A stretch of 64,000 bases of DNA from Candidatus Latescibacterota bacterium (GTDB lineage: Bacteria > Latescibacterota > UBA2968 > GCA-2709665): positions 2,368,001 through 2,432,000 of the forward strand of contig OZ250150.1 of the NCBI GenBank assembly GCA_965237675.1, written 5' to 3'. This document shows positions 10,914 through 20,761 of this stretch, piece by piece (within the stretch, counting starts at the first letter, position 1; every line of letters starts with the position of its first letter). A program made the translations under genes and the position numbers. The notes under the pieces were generated by a model. That model saw nothing but the letters and a program-made list of their open reading frames with translations. It was not told the origin of the DNA and did no database searches.

Positions 10914-12125
10914 ATGGACAGGCTTCGGATTGCGATGATCGGAGTTGGCGTGGATCCGGATTCCCGGGCGCGTCAATATCTCAGTACAATCGTGCGGCTG
11001 AAGGATCATTACGAACTGGTCGGGATCTGCGACCGCGACGAAGGCGCGATAGCGGAGGCGTCAGCGGGCGCTTCAACGGCCTGTTTCCGTGACATCCGAT
11101 CCCTCTTTGCCTCGGTACAACCCGACGTGGTATTGAGTATGACCCCGAAGGATTCTCATGTCGTGATCGCGCTGACGGCCGCGCGGCACGGGGCCCACGT
11201 CATCACGGAGATTCCCGTGGCGCTCACCAGGAGGTACGCGCAGGCGGTTGCGCGAACATGCAGAGATCACGGTGTGCTCTGGGAGGTGGCCGAGCAGGTG
11301 TGGTTGTGGCCGCGGGAGCGACTGAAAAAAAGGATTATCGAGGCCGGCCTGCTGGGCGGGTTGACCCATTCGCGGTTGTGGTACCTGACGGGTCAGTACC
11401 ATGGGTTCAACGGGGTTCGTTCTTTGCTGGGTGAGGACGCGAGGCGGGTTCTGGGCTATTGCGGAGAGGTGTCCACGCTACCGTACGAGGCGTACGGAGG
11501 GGAGCGGGAGACCACGATGATGTGGGATCACGCGGTGGTGGAGTTCGACAGCAGTATCGTATGTCTTTTCGAAAAACCGCCGCGCGTCTTTCCATCCGCG
11601 GCGCACGGTTTCCCCACGGGGTGGCATGTGGAAGGGACCAGGGGATACCTGGACCAGAGTCAACTCGTGCTGTACGGCGAAGAAACGTCGCGGGCGTACG
11701 ATCTGCTCGAGCGGTACGTGGACATCGACGGGCAGTCCGTACTGGATGTCGCGCAGGTGGAAACGGACCCGCCCGTCGTCTGGGAGAATCCGTACAGGAA
11801 GTGGCGCATCGGATCGGCCGACGACGTCGCCAAGGCGAGCATTCTCGTCAGTTTTCACACGGCGATTACCGGTGGCGGCCAGCCGCAGTACGGGCATGAG
11901 AACGCGTTGAAAGATTGGGAGATCTGCCTGGCGGTTCGGGAAAGCGCCGATCGCGGGAATGCCTGGGTGGACCTTCCGCTGGACAAGCCGACGGCGCTCG
12001 AGCGAAAAATCGAGGCGGAATTCGTGCGGCGCTACGGCCACGACCCCATTGAAGAGACCGATCAGCTTCTGGACGCGCCGTTCAACCGGTCGGCCACGCT
12101 GTGGCCCTTCGCGCACTGGCTGTGA
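10914..12125 (+). CDS. Gfo/Idh/MocA family oxidoreductase
   Basis: Rossmann start LRIAMIGVG, 'HVITEIPVA'; GGAGG before ATG 10914. Confidence 0.8.
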   Translation: MDRLRIAMIGVGVDPDSRARQYLSTIVRLKDHYELVGICDRDEGAIAEASAGASTACFRDIRSLFASVQPDVVLSMTPKDSHVVIALTAARHGAHVITEIPVALTRRYAQAVARTCRDHGVLWEVAEQVWLWPRERLKKRIIEAGLLGGLTHSRLWYLTGQYHGFNGVRSLLGEDARRVLGYCGEVSTLPYEAYGGERETTMMWDHAVVEFDSSIVCLFEKPPRVFPSAAHGFPTGWHVEGTRGYLDQSQLVLYGEETSRAYDLLERYVDIDGQSVLDVAQVETDPPVVWENPYRKWRIGSADDVAKASILVSFHTAITGGGQPQYGHENALKDWEICLAVRESADRGNAWVDLPLDKPTALERKIEAEFVRRYGHDPIEETDQLLDAPFNRSATLWPFAHWL

Positions 12126-12447
12126 GAGAGGAAGTGGTATCCAGAAGCTGTTTTTTCGCCGGACGCCGACGATCCACCCTTTCCTCTGGACACTTGGCTG
12201 TTGTAAAGGGCGGGCCGCTCGACATGCTGGCTCTGCGTGAGTGTTTGCAAACCGGAATCAAACAAGATTTAAGTGACAAAAGCCTCTCGGAATTGGAGAA
12301 ATTGGTTATCTTATGGACGTAATACCATCTGCACGGCATTAGATTCGATCGACAAGAAGAAGAGGACGTTTAGGAGCGGCAATACCCGATTGAAAGGGCA
12401 AAGAGGTTTCTGAGCAATGGGGCCAGGTTGATAGAGGAGGCAATGTT

Positions 12448-12666
12448 ATGGGTCTTGTTGATGGGACAATGAGGTTGATCGAGCGTGTTGTAAAGGGCGG
12501 GCGCTCAGACGATTCTGTCCAGAACGTTACGGATGACAAAGCCTGGGACGAGGCTCAGGCTGCGGATATAGACGAGGGCCTTCGCAGCGGCAGGATTAAG
12601 ATGCTGTCCGCAGAGGAGTCCCAGGAAGCGATTGACGCTCTCAAGAAGAAGTGGGACATGCCTTGA
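12448..12666 (+). CDS. Small acidic protein, probable antitoxin (addiction-module-like)
   Basis: 72 aa, GAGGAGG RBS, 'AWDEA..DIDEGLRSG' segment, directly upstream of a RelE-like gene. Confidence 0.55.
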   Translation: MGLVDGTMRLIERVVKGGRSDDSVQNVTDDKAWDEAQAADIDEGLRSGRIKMLSAEESQEAIDALKKKWDMP

Positions 12667-12992
12667 GTAGACGGCGACGGAGAAGACCTGAGAGTGTGCA
12701 GACCGAGCCCGGGGTGCAGGGAGATCCCAAAGTTATTCTATCTGACACGGCTCTCAAAATGCTGGAGACGTTTCAGCCCAATGTAGGGCGTTTGGCTATG
12801 GAGAGGATCGAGGCTCTGAGGAACCCTCAGAATCGAAGGGGCTCAATCAAGATTCAGGGTCGGTCAGCCAACGATCCCATGTTTCGAATCGAGTGCGGAA
12901 ATTACAGGATCTTTTATAAGAGAATCGGTCCTGACGTTCATGTCGTGGATATCCGCCACCGGCAAGGGGCCTATAGCCTGATCAATTCATGA
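12651..12992 (+). CDS. RelE/ParE family toxin (start uncertain)
   Basis: 'VILSDTALKML...KIQG...FRIECGNYRIFY....VHVVDIRHRQGAY' RelE pattern. Confidence 0.75.
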   Translation: MGHALSRRRRRRPESVQTEPGVQGDPKVILSDTALKMLETFQPNVGRLAMERIEALRNPQNRRGSIKIQGRSANDPMFRIECGNYRIFYKRIGPDVHVVDIRHRQGAYSLINS

Positions 12993-13030
12993 ATTGTCAC
13001 GGTTAGCTGCTTTATTCGCCAATCAATCAG

Positions 13031-13383
13031 CTCCACCGCCGCACAATGGCTTGTCGAGCCGCTGAGGAAGCGTGTGTGAAGGTGGGGTAGACATTCCTGT
13101 CTGCCATGCTCTTTGTCTTTCTTCCGGAATGCACACAGAAGTGATCCAATAGATAGCGCCGTCCTTTTGCCAGTGGGGGAGACGGCGGCGAGTCGTGGTG
13201 TGTCGGGACACAGGATTCCCAGGTTCCGGTTTGATGTCTGTGAGCAGACAAGAATGTCCGCTCCACCCTTTCAGGCTCTCGTTCGATGTTTACATCACAG
13301 CCTATCAGGCTGCTCTCTTCGCGAATCCATCATCTCCACGCCCGCACAATGGCTTGTAGAACCGTTGAGGAAGTGGACGTGAA
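13031..13383. repeat. 50-bp imperfect direct repeat (13031-13080 / 13334-13383)
   Basis: 41/50 identical by manual alignment. Confidence 0.8.
13081..13267 (-). mobile_element. Internally deleted REP-associated tyrosine transposase (RAYT) remnant between inverted REP-like repeats
   Basis: Fragment RRRLPHWQKDGAIYWIT (RAYT N-terminus) between ggtggggtagacattcctgtctgcc (13081-13105) and gagcagacaagaatgtccgctccacc (13242-13267). Confidence 0.65.
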
Positions 13384-13696
13384 CCCTTTCAAGCCTTTTT
13401 TCGAGGTATCGCTTGAGCGCGTCAACCATATGAGACAGATCGCCTGTACTGGCTTCCATTTCCCGAGACAGCAAGGTGCCACTGTCACCGACCTGCTTGC
13501 GGTGACCTGCCTGCGCCGCGTTGGGCGCGGCAGGCAGGCGCACAGGCTGGCTGGTCAGGACGCGACCGTCGAAGGCGCCTTCCATATTCGTGGCGCACCG
13601 ACTTGCAAGTGCGACCCTGTCATGATTGTCTTGAACGTATACGGTAGTTTTCTCCCAATTCATTGTTATAACATTATTTGTGTCACCCAAATACAA
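13295..13696 (-). CDS. Hypothetical protein or gene fragment with an in-frame 33-bp palindrome
   Basis: ORF track; cctgcctgcgccgcgttgggcgcggcaggcagg at 13506-13538 lies within the RLPAAPNAAQAG segment. Confidence 0.35.
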   Translation of the reverse strand: MYLGDTNNVITMNWEKTTVYVQDNHDRVALASRCATNMEGAFDGRVLTSQPVRLPAAPNAAQAGHRKQVGDSGTLLSREMEASTGDLSHMVDALKRYLEKRLERVHVHFLNGSTSHCAGVEMMDSRREQPDRL

Positions 13697-13770
13697 TGAT
13701 TTGGGTAAGGAAACTACCTTTTTTATGAATAATTCAGGATAGATAGTGTGATTGTAAAATAAAGATAAAC

Positions 13771-13801
13771 GGCGGCGTCATCACCCTATTCCGACGCCGC
13801 C
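13771..13801 (-). terminator. Probable intrinsic terminator overlapping the stop codon
   Basis: ggcggcgtc...gacgccgcc stem followed by gtttatctttatttt on the minus strand. Confidence 0.5.
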
Positions 13802-14082
13802 AGCAAGCGGTCCTTGACGGATATGACGCTCCCGTCAACGTCATTGATGCGAACGACCTTATAGGAACGCGCTGGACGTCCCTCACCCAACGCCGCAGTC
13901 AGAGTGATCTTATGTTCCCACGGGCGAGAGAAGCCGATCGTAATTTTCCATTCGTTTGACGTGTCGTCGAACTCGACCTCCTCGAGACCGACATGGGAGA
14001 TCCCCTCACCGTCGAAAAGGTCAATCAGATATTCTTTCGCCACTTGCGCGGCTTCTCTTACGTCCATATTCGTGTCGTCCAT
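13786..14082 (-). CDS. Small hypothetical protein
   Basis: MDDTNMDVREAAQVAKEYLIDLF...LEEVEFD...WKITIGF; GGAG before ATG 14082. Confidence 0.7.
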   Translation of the reverse strand: MDDTNMDVREAAQVAKEYLIDLFDGEGISHVGLEEVEFDDTSNEWKITIGFSRPWEHKITLTAALGEGRPARSYKVVRINDVDGSVISVKDRLLAASE

Positions 14083-14333
14083 TGGAGTCTCCGTTCTATT
14101 TGACCAAAGTGGAACTGTAGTATCATCGTTCCATAAAGGAACTTCCTTGCCACCCAAACCCCCGTGGGATCCTATTTGTTCGATCGTTTTCCTATCGCCT
14201 AGTGAAGGGCACAAGGCGGGCAATGTTACGGTTGCTATCGGTGGATGATTGCCGGATGAACGGCTTCGGACGTAAATAGAGCGCCTTATTGTGCATTCAC
14301 TTCAGTCGCTCCCGTAGAGGGAATTGGAAAGAC

Positions 14334-15404
14334 CTATTGGTGGTCGGCCCTCTTAATAGCACGAAGTTCCATCATGTTTGTCTCGCCATAAGGTGTAAGC
14401 GTCCAGTAGTTGGCTTTGTCCTTTACGCTCCTATTCCTGGTACTCTTAATTATCAGTCTTAACGCAAGTAGCTGGACCTTGATCGTGTTGAAATCATTAG
14501 TGCCTATTTCAAAGGGCCCCAAGGAAAATTTCCTGAGGTTGGGATCGTCCCTGTGTGATCTGCCGTTAATTTCCATGGTCATACGATCTAATTCATTCTT
14601 GAGTTGGTCGTCGGTCGCCTCGTCAACCATGAGAGGAGAAATCCGGGCGAATATCTGTGACCAAGTCACCGAGTAATCCGCAGAATGGGATGTGTAATTG
14701 GTATTGAACGAGAGGTGCCAAGTATCGGGTTCATTTTTGGATTCGTATGACCTAAAGCTATAGTGAATTGTGAATTCGTCCTCTCCTTGCGCCAAATGTG
14801 CGGTTTCTTTTGGGGCAGTGGCGCTTATGGTTTCGAGTTCTCGCTGGAGTTCATCAACCCGACGCCTGAGTTCTAAAATTTCTTTTGTTGCTTCCTGGGA
14901 CGGAAGTAAGTCCGCTTTCACCCAACCGGTAGCTGGATTGTTCTTGATCAGTTTGACAAGGCTGCGACTGACTGCAGATCCAAGGTCTGTCGGATTGGTC
15001 CAGTAACGAACCATCTTTTTCTTGGCAAGATTGCAGAATTCATCCAGTTTCTTCGCTAGTTGGGGGTTTTTTTCGGTGTCTTCGGCTGGTAGCTTCCCCG
15101 GATCCTTGTGTAAGAATGCGATCACTGGCAGGCCCTTGGAGACCGCATACTCATATTCTAACTGCGTGAAACTCTTCTCGGCAGGTCCAGTAGAACCGTA
15201 GCGTCCGGCGATAATCACGATGTAATAGTCACAATCGTCTATTGCTCGCTTAATCAAGGTCCATTGATCATCGTCCGCGGCGGGAAAGAGTTCCATCCCG
15301 GCAGGAATACAGTCCAACTCCAATAATGCCTGCATTACTTCTTGGCGCGCTCTAAGGAGGTCCGTGTAGGTTGAACTGACGAATACTTGGTATCGTTTAT
15401 CCAT
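14334..15404 (-). CDS. DUF4062 domain protein
   Basis: 'KRYQVFVSSTYTDL...PAGMELFPAAD...IDDCDYYIVIIAGRYGS...TQLEYEYA'; lower GC than flanks. Confidence 0.85.
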   Translation of the reverse strand: MDKRYQVFVSSTYTDLLRARQEVMQALLELDCIPAGMELFPAADDDQWTLIKRAIDDCDYYIVIIAGRYGSTGPAEKSFTQLEYEYAVSKGLPVIAFLHKDPGKLPAEDTEKNPQLAKKLDEFCNLAKKKMVRYWTNPTDLGSAVSRSLVKLIKNNPATGWVKADLLPSQEATKEILELRRRVDELQRELETISATAPKETAHLAQGEDEFTIHYSFRSYESKNEPDTWHLSFNTNYTSHSADYSVTWSQIFARISPLMVDEATDDQLKNELDRMTMEINGRSHRDDPNLRKFSLGPFEIGTNDFNTIKVQLLALRLIIKSTRNRSVKDKANYWTLTPYGETNMMELRAIKRADHQ

Positions 15405-15764
15405 ATTACCCGTCCTCGTTCGGGGCACACGATGCCGACAACGAGATGACGAATAGTATATTCAGTGGTTACTGTTGAATTGTACCAGTATGTGGCATGG
15501 ATGGCGATGCAGTTCTAAGGGGCCATGCAGTTCTCTCGCGAGTTGCTGCTTTGTCAAGTATATTGATGGCCGGGTTGTGGTCATTGAGGTGTATCATGAA
15601 GTCAGGGTACACTTTTTGAATGGTATAAAAGTTGGGGTGTGCCTGACATCCCGTGTTCTGGTCAACATTGCCCAATATAATCAATATCGGATCGACGGGC
15701 AATCGGTCACTCCGTTTTCCGCATTAACGGCCGATGAAACTTGGCATTTATTGAGGGCGTCTCC

Positions 15765-16895
15765 GTGAAAATCGAGTCCGCTGAGATACGATATGTGGAA
15801 CTGCCGCTGATATCGCCCTGGCGGACCGCATACGGCGAGGATGCCTCGATTCATTCCGTGATGGTCAAACTGTCCGGTGACGGGGCTGATGCGTGGGGCG
15901 AGGCGGCGCCGTTCTACGCTCCGACCTATTCGCCCGAATCGGCGCGGTCCGTCTATGAGACGGCCCGGGAGTTTTTTTTGCCGCGGATTGTGGGTCATAC
16001 ACTGAATTCGGCAGAGGAATTCCTGGAAAGACTGTCGATTTTCAAGGGGAATCCATTCGCGAAGGCGGCGGTGGAAACGGCCTGGTGGGCGCTCGATAGC
16101 AAGTTGAAAGCCGTTCCGCTCTGGCGCGCGCTCGGAGCGGAGGTGCCGGTGGTGCGATGCGGCGCCGATTTCGGGATCCAGGATACGATCGATGAACTTC
16201 TCGCTCTGTTCCAGGGAGCTGTAGACGCGGGTTATCCGCGGGTCAAGTTGAAGGTGAAACACGGATGGGATATCGAGATGCTGGATGCCGTGCGGTCGGC
16301 CTTTCCCGATCCGGTGATTCACGTGGATTGCAACTCCGGCTACGACTTGAAAACCGATGTTGACACGCTCAAGGCATTCGATCGGTTCAACCTGGCGATG
16401 ATCGAACAGCCTCTGGATCACACGGATCTCATTGAACACGCAAAGTTGCAACGTCAGATCGAAACGCCCGTTTGCCTCGACGAATCGGTGACGCGCCCGC
16501 GGGATTTTGAACTGGCGCTGAAAATCGATGCCTGCCGCGTGATTAATGTAAAGCCGGGACGGGTGGGCGGCCTGTACAACGCGGTGCGGATTCACGATAT
16601 GGCGCGGGACGCAGGCGTGGCCGCCTGGGTCGGCGGCATGCTGGAAAGCGGCGTGGGCGCGGGGATCTGCGCCGCGCTGGGGACGCTGCCTGGATTCACC
16701 TATCCCGCGGACGTGTTTCCTTCTTCGAGATTTTACGCTGAGGATATTACGGACCGGTGGGTAGAGCAGGACGAAAATTGCAATGTCGTACTGGACGATA
16801 CGCCCGGAGTGGGATTCGATCCGGTGCCGGAGAGATTGGATGCGGTGACGACGTTGCGGACTGTGATTAACTATGATGATCGTGATTTGCTGTGA
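15765..16895 (+). CDS. o-succinylbenzoate synthase / N-acylamino acid racemase family enolase
   Basis: RVKLKVK, HVDCN, IEQP, CLDES, NVKPGRVGG, WVGGMLESG. Confidence 0.85.
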   Translation: MKIESAEIRYVELPLISPWRTAYGEDASIHSVMVKLSGDGADAWGEAAPFYAPTYSPESARSVYETAREFFLPRIVGHTLNSAEEFLERLSIFKGNPFAKAAVETAWWALDSKLKAVPLWRALGAEVPVVRCGADFGIQDTIDELLALFQGAVDAGYPRVKLKVKHGWDIEMLDAVRSAFPDPVIHVDCNSGYDLKTDVDTLKAFDRFNLAMIEQPLDHTDLIEHAKLQRQIETPVCLDESVTRPRDFELALKIDACRVINVKPGRVGGLYNAVRIHDMARDAGVAAWVGGMLESGVGAGICAALGTLPGFTYPADVFPSSRFYAEDITDRWVEQDENCNVVLDDTPGVGFDPVPERLDAVTTLRTVINYDDRDLL

Positions 16896-17014
16896 TTAAA
16901 CCGCATGAAGAGACTGTAATTGATGTGGTTTTGGGATTGACCTGGATGGATTGATGGCGATAAGAAGAGATAGGATGTTCATCGCTCGGCTGAATCCACG
17001 GATGGACGCCTGCA

Positions 17015-17109
17015 CCCTGAGCCGCTCCCGAGCCTGCGGTCCCTGAGCTTGTCGAAGGGTCGGCGCAGGGTAGCGAAGCGCGGGCATTTCGACGAGCTCG
17101 TTTCGACAA
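17015..17109 (+). repeat. ~95-bp dispersed structured repeat (MITE/REP-like), copy 1
   Basis: Nearly identical to the reverse complement of 53896-53997; built from CCCTGAGC and TTCGAC/GTCGAA units. Confidence 0.8.
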
Positions 17110-17204
17110 GCTCAACGCACGCAATGACCACGCTTCGGTATGCGATTTTCGACTGCGCTCAGAATGACAGGTCGGCCCATCGTCAGATTTGTTTGATGTG
17201 ATCA

Positions 17205-17240
17205 TCCCCGTCGAAGGCTGAAGGAGCGACGGGGCTTTTG
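17205..17240. terminator. Hairpin terminator between convergent genes
   Basis: ccccgtcg...cgacgggg followed by ctttt. Confidence 0.55.
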
Positions 17241-18596
17241 TTAGGTAAAAAGCTGCGTCAGGAGGTCGCCCGCGAGGGTCTCCATGGCAGGCGCGGTGCC
17301 GACGGCCCCCAGGGAGGAATTGGCTGCCCAGGTTTCATACCCGCCCTCCCGGGTAAGGGCTTCGTCGGTACAGATATAGCCGATGTAGCCGTTGGCAAGG
17401 CTCACGACGAAAACGGGTTTGCCGGACGTTCCCGACTTGATGTTCAGGCCCGATTCAACAAAGACTTCGCCGGGAAGGGCCACGATGGCGGCGTCGCCGA
17501 GTCTGAAGACCTGTACCGCGGCGTTCATTCTGGAGGGGAGATTCGCCAGGCGCTGGCATTCCATCGCGTAGACGTCCACGATGGACCGAGGGATGGGTTG
17601 GCCCACAACCCAGCTGAAAGGGCCGTGGTCGTATTTGGGCGGATCGTCCGGGGAGGCGAGGATTTTTTCCGCCATTTCCAGGTCTTCGGGCGTGATGGTT
17701 CTGGGCGAGAAATCGAATGTGCCGGTAGCGGCACTGAGTTCCAGGGTATCCTGCATCTCCATGAGTTGGATTTCGGTGAGCACGTGACCGGCCAGGACGT
17801 TGGCCATTTTCTTTGCGTGGGCATGGCCCCGGTCCTTCCACCGGCGGCGCCCGCTGAAGTCGATATTGTTGATCTGGCCTGAAGCGGCATTCCAGAGCAG
17901 TGGGACGCAATCGCCTCCCAGATAGCGGCGCATGAGGCGGAAGAAGTGGCCGAAGTAGTCGGCCGAAATGGCGTTCCCACTGCCGGCGCCGATATAGTGA
18001 AGGGAGTAGCAGGCAACGGCCGACAGCGGGTCGCCGTTCAGGTCTTCCACGTAGAACATCGCGAGTTCCGGGTCGGTGGGGCCCGTGGGTTCGATCAGGT
18101 CCGGATCGGCCACACCGGGGTTCATTCGCACGGTGCCGTCTTTCATGCGCCAGCGGCGGTTGAATGCGATGCGGTCTTCCTGCACGCTGGCGAAGCCGAT
18201 GCGGGCGGGGCGCAGGCGGCGGCACGCGAGTTCGGCGGCGTCTGCGATCTTGAGGTGGAGCCATTCGATATAGTCGCCGTCGCCGTCCGTACACAGCAGA
18301 TCGGCGATACCGCCCCCGCTGTGGGTGTGGGTGGCGTTGATCATCGTGTTTTCGATCGGGATGTCGCATCGCCGGGCGACGCGTTGCCTGGCGCGGTCCG
18401 CGATATTCCGAGGCATAACGATGAGATCGCAGGTGATCAGGGCCACGCGGGTGTGGCCGTTGTCCAGCACCAGGGCTTTGGCCAGAAGTTCGTCGTCCAC
18501 GTCTGCGGCGTATCTGGTCCGGTGCATGCCCGGAATGGTCACGCCGAGCCATGGGGTGATGTTGGCCGTGGCGGCGCCTGCCTGTAAAATACCCAT
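17241..18596 (-). CDS. Neutral/alkaline ceramidase-like hydrolase
   Basis: 'NATHTHSG', 'FNRRW', 'LPGEVF', 'LANGYIGY', 'EGGYE'. Confidence 0.8.
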   Translation of the reverse strand: MGILQAGAATANITPWLGVTIPGMHRTRYAADVDDELLAKALVLDNGHTRVALITCDLIVMPRNIADRARQRVARRCDIPIENTMINATHTHSGGGIADLLCTDGDGDYIEWLHLKIADAAELACRRLRPARIGFASVQEDRIAFNRRWRMKDGTVRMNPGVADPDLIEPTGPTDPELAMFYVEDLNGDPLSAVACYSLHYIGAGSGNAISADYFGHFFRLMRRYLGGDCVPLLWNAASGQINNIDFSGRRRWKDRGHAHAKKMANVLAGHVLTEIQLMEMQDTLELSAATGTFDFSPRTITPEDLEMAEKILASPDDPPKYDHGPFSWVVGQPIPRSIVDVYAMECQRLANLPSRMNAAVQVFRLGDAAIVALPGEVFVESGLNIKSGTSGKPVFVVSLANGYIGYICTDEALTREGGYETWAANSSLGAVGTAPAMETLAGDLLTQLFT

Positions 18597-18620
18597 AGCG
18601 GATCTCCTTCCCTTTCGAGC

Positions 18621-19622
18621 CTACTCGATTCTCAGAAATTCCCCACCCCGGCGTGCGGATTCTTCCGCCATAATGCATGCTTTTGCAACTGCCAGGACGT
18701 CTGAGGTGGAGATAAAGTTCTCACCGCCGCTGGAGAATGCGTTGACCATGTTCTCCACGAAGCCGCCGTTGCGCTCCGGCGGGAATTCAGGTTCGTACGC
18801 GCCCTTGCCGTCGGCGACGATGAGCAGGCTGTCGGCGGCGTAAGCTCGCAGGTGGGCGGACCCCTTTGTGCCCATGATAATGAAGCGGGTGTCGCCGAAA
18901 GAGGGGGAGTCCTCCGGGGTGAGCCAATCGGCGGTGAGCAGCGCGCATGCTCCCGTACTCATTTGAAACGACGCCTGGATATGGTCCATTTCCAGCTTCT
19001 GGGGATCGTGCGTGTGTTTTTTGCTGGCGCCGATGGCATGAACGCCCACGCATTCCCCGCCGGTGAGCCACCGGACCTGGTCCACGCCGTGGCACGCGAC
19101 GTCGCTGAAGGTGCCCGTGTAGATCCCCGGATCGAAATACCAGTCGGGCGCCCAGTCGCCGAGCTTGTGGGGATGGGTGGAGATAAGGCTGACGATCTCC
19201 CCAAGTTCTCCGGCGAGGATGGCGTTCCGCAGCGCGATGAATGGCGGGTGACTGCGGGAGGTGTAGAACATGGTCAGGCGGATATCGTGGGTTTGGACCG
19301 CGGATCGGATGCGATTCCAGTCCTCCACGGACCGGCAGAGCGGTTTGTCCAGGAAGACGTGCGCGCCGGCTGCGGCGCAGGTCTCGATCATGTCCACCTT
19401 CTCGTGGTGCCCCACGCCCTCCATAACCACGTCGGCGCGGGTTGCGTCCAGCATTTCCTGGAGGGTGGGATACCGGGGCACGTGGACGTCGCGGGTAACC
19501 TGTTCGTACAGGTTGTCGTCGGGTTCCACGATGCCGGCCAGTTCGGCGTTGGGGGCGTTTGCGGCCGACCGGAACATGCCGCCGATGTGTCCGTAGTGGA
19601 CGCCCATGACTGCGATTTTCAT
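18621..19622 (-). CDS. Gfo/Idh/MocA family oxidoreductase
   Basis: MKIAVMG start with RBS; 'HVFLDKPL', 'D...HGVD'. Confidence 0.85.
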   Translation of the reverse strand: MKIAVMGVHYGHIGGMFRSAANAPNAELAGIVEPDDNLYEQVTRDVHVPRYPTLQEMLDATRADVVMEGVGHHEKVDMIETCAAAGAHVFLDKPLCRSVEDWNRIRSAVQTHDIRLTMFYTSRSHPPFIALRNAILAGELGEIVSLISTHPHKLGDWAPDWYFDPGIYTGTFSDVACHGVDQVRWLTGGECVGVHAIGASKKHTHDPQKLEMDHIQASFQMSTGACALLTADWLTPEDSPSFGDTRFIIMGTKGSAHLRAYAADSLLIVADGKGAYEPEFPPERNGGFVENMVNAFSSGGENFISTSDVLAVAKACIMAEESARRGGEFLRIE

Positions 19623-19642
19623 TATACGCCTCTCTCTGGCCC

Positions 19643-20761
19643 CTACCCGGAATACCGTTTGATTCTCTCCCGGTCCAGTTCTATTCCCAGTCCGGGCGCG
19701 GTGGGTATGGTAAGCAGGCCGTTGTCGTCGAGTTGGAAGGGTTCGGTCAGGATGTCTTCGATGTAGGGCGACGGGGTGATGTATTCCACCCAGCGCGCCG
19801 TGGGGTGGGCCGCCGCGAGATGGAGGTCGGCCGCGAGGCCTACGGCGGTGTTCCATCCGTGGGTGACCAGCAGGACATTGTGGTTGCAAGCGTGCCACAG
19901 GATGCGGCGGGTTTCCGAAAGGCCGCCGACTTTGGTGGCATCCGGCTGCACGATGTCGAAGGCGCCGCGCGCGATCCAGGAGATGAAGCTCTGCCGGCGG
20001 GTCAGGACTTCGCCTCCGGCAATGGGGACCGGGGCGTTCTGCCGGAGGGCGATGTAACCCTCGATATCGTCCGGTGGCAGGGCTTCCTCGAACCAGACGA
20101 CGTCATAGCCGGCAAGCATCCGCGCGGTCTCCAACGCCCATTTGTACCCGTGCGGCCAGAACTGATCGCTGCCGCCGGCGTCGACCATCAGTTCAACGCC
20201 CGGTCCCACGGTTTCCCGTGCGAGTTTGACGAGCCGCTCATCGGTGTGCTTATCCACACGGCCGAAAGGCCCCCAGCCGAGTTTGAGCGCGCGGAAGCCG
20301 CGGGAAACGGCCGACTCCAGGGTCTGTCTGAACGCGTCGCCGTCGGCCTCGAAAAGGAGGGAGCCGTAGGGTTTGATCTTGTGACGGTAGTAGCCGCCCA
20401 GGAGGCGCCCCACGGGTTGTCCGCTGGCTTTGCCCAGAATGTCCCACAGGGCGATGTCGATGCCCGAAATGGCGTGCGTGACCGAACCGCCACGGCCCTG
20501 CCAGAAGGTCGATTGGTGGAGTTTTTCGGAGACGCGTTCCGGTTCGATGGCCGACTCGCCGAGAAAATGGGGCTTCAGCAGGTCCAGAGCGGCGTCGACC
20601 AAGGCCTTGCTGGTTGCGACGCTGCCGAGGCCGGTGAGGCCGCTGTCGGTATGCACCTCCACAAGGGTGTGCAGGTTCTCCGACGGCGGCGTTTCGGCGG
20701 TCCAACCGGATTTCGGCGTTGCGCCCCTGAGGGCGATTGTCTGGATGCGGGTGATTTTCAT
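19643..20761 (-). CDS. Mandelate racemase/muconate lactonizing family enzyme (acid-sugar dehydratase-like)
   Basis: SGIDIALWD, LKLG, LMVDAG, WFEE, AGGE, IVQPD. Confidence 0.9.
   Translation of the reverse strand: MKITRIQTIALRGATPKSGWTAETPPSENLHTLVEVHTDSGLTGLGSVATSKALVDAALDLLKPHFLGESAIEPERVSEKLHQSTFWQGRGGSVTHAISGIDIALWDILGKASGQPVGRLLGGYYRHKIKPYGSLLFEADGDAFRQTLESAVSRGFRALKLGWGPFGRVDKHTDERLVKLARETVGPGVELMVDAGGSDQFWPHGYKWALETARMLAGYDVVWFEEALPPDDIEGYIALRQNAPVPIAGGEVLTRRQSFISWIARGAFDIVQPDATKVGGLSETRRILWHACNHNVLLVTHGWNTAVGLAADLHLAAAHPTARWVEYITPSPYIEDILTEPFQLDDNGLLTIPTAPGLGIELDRERIKRYSG

Noticed and set aside
14280-14345. Degenerate attC-like sequence after the DUF4062 gene
   Set aside because: It has only a vague resemblance; the core sites are not complementary.
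15469-15702. 77-aa ORF as a PIN-toxin fragment
   Set aside because: No convincing motif by eye; it would need an HMM search.
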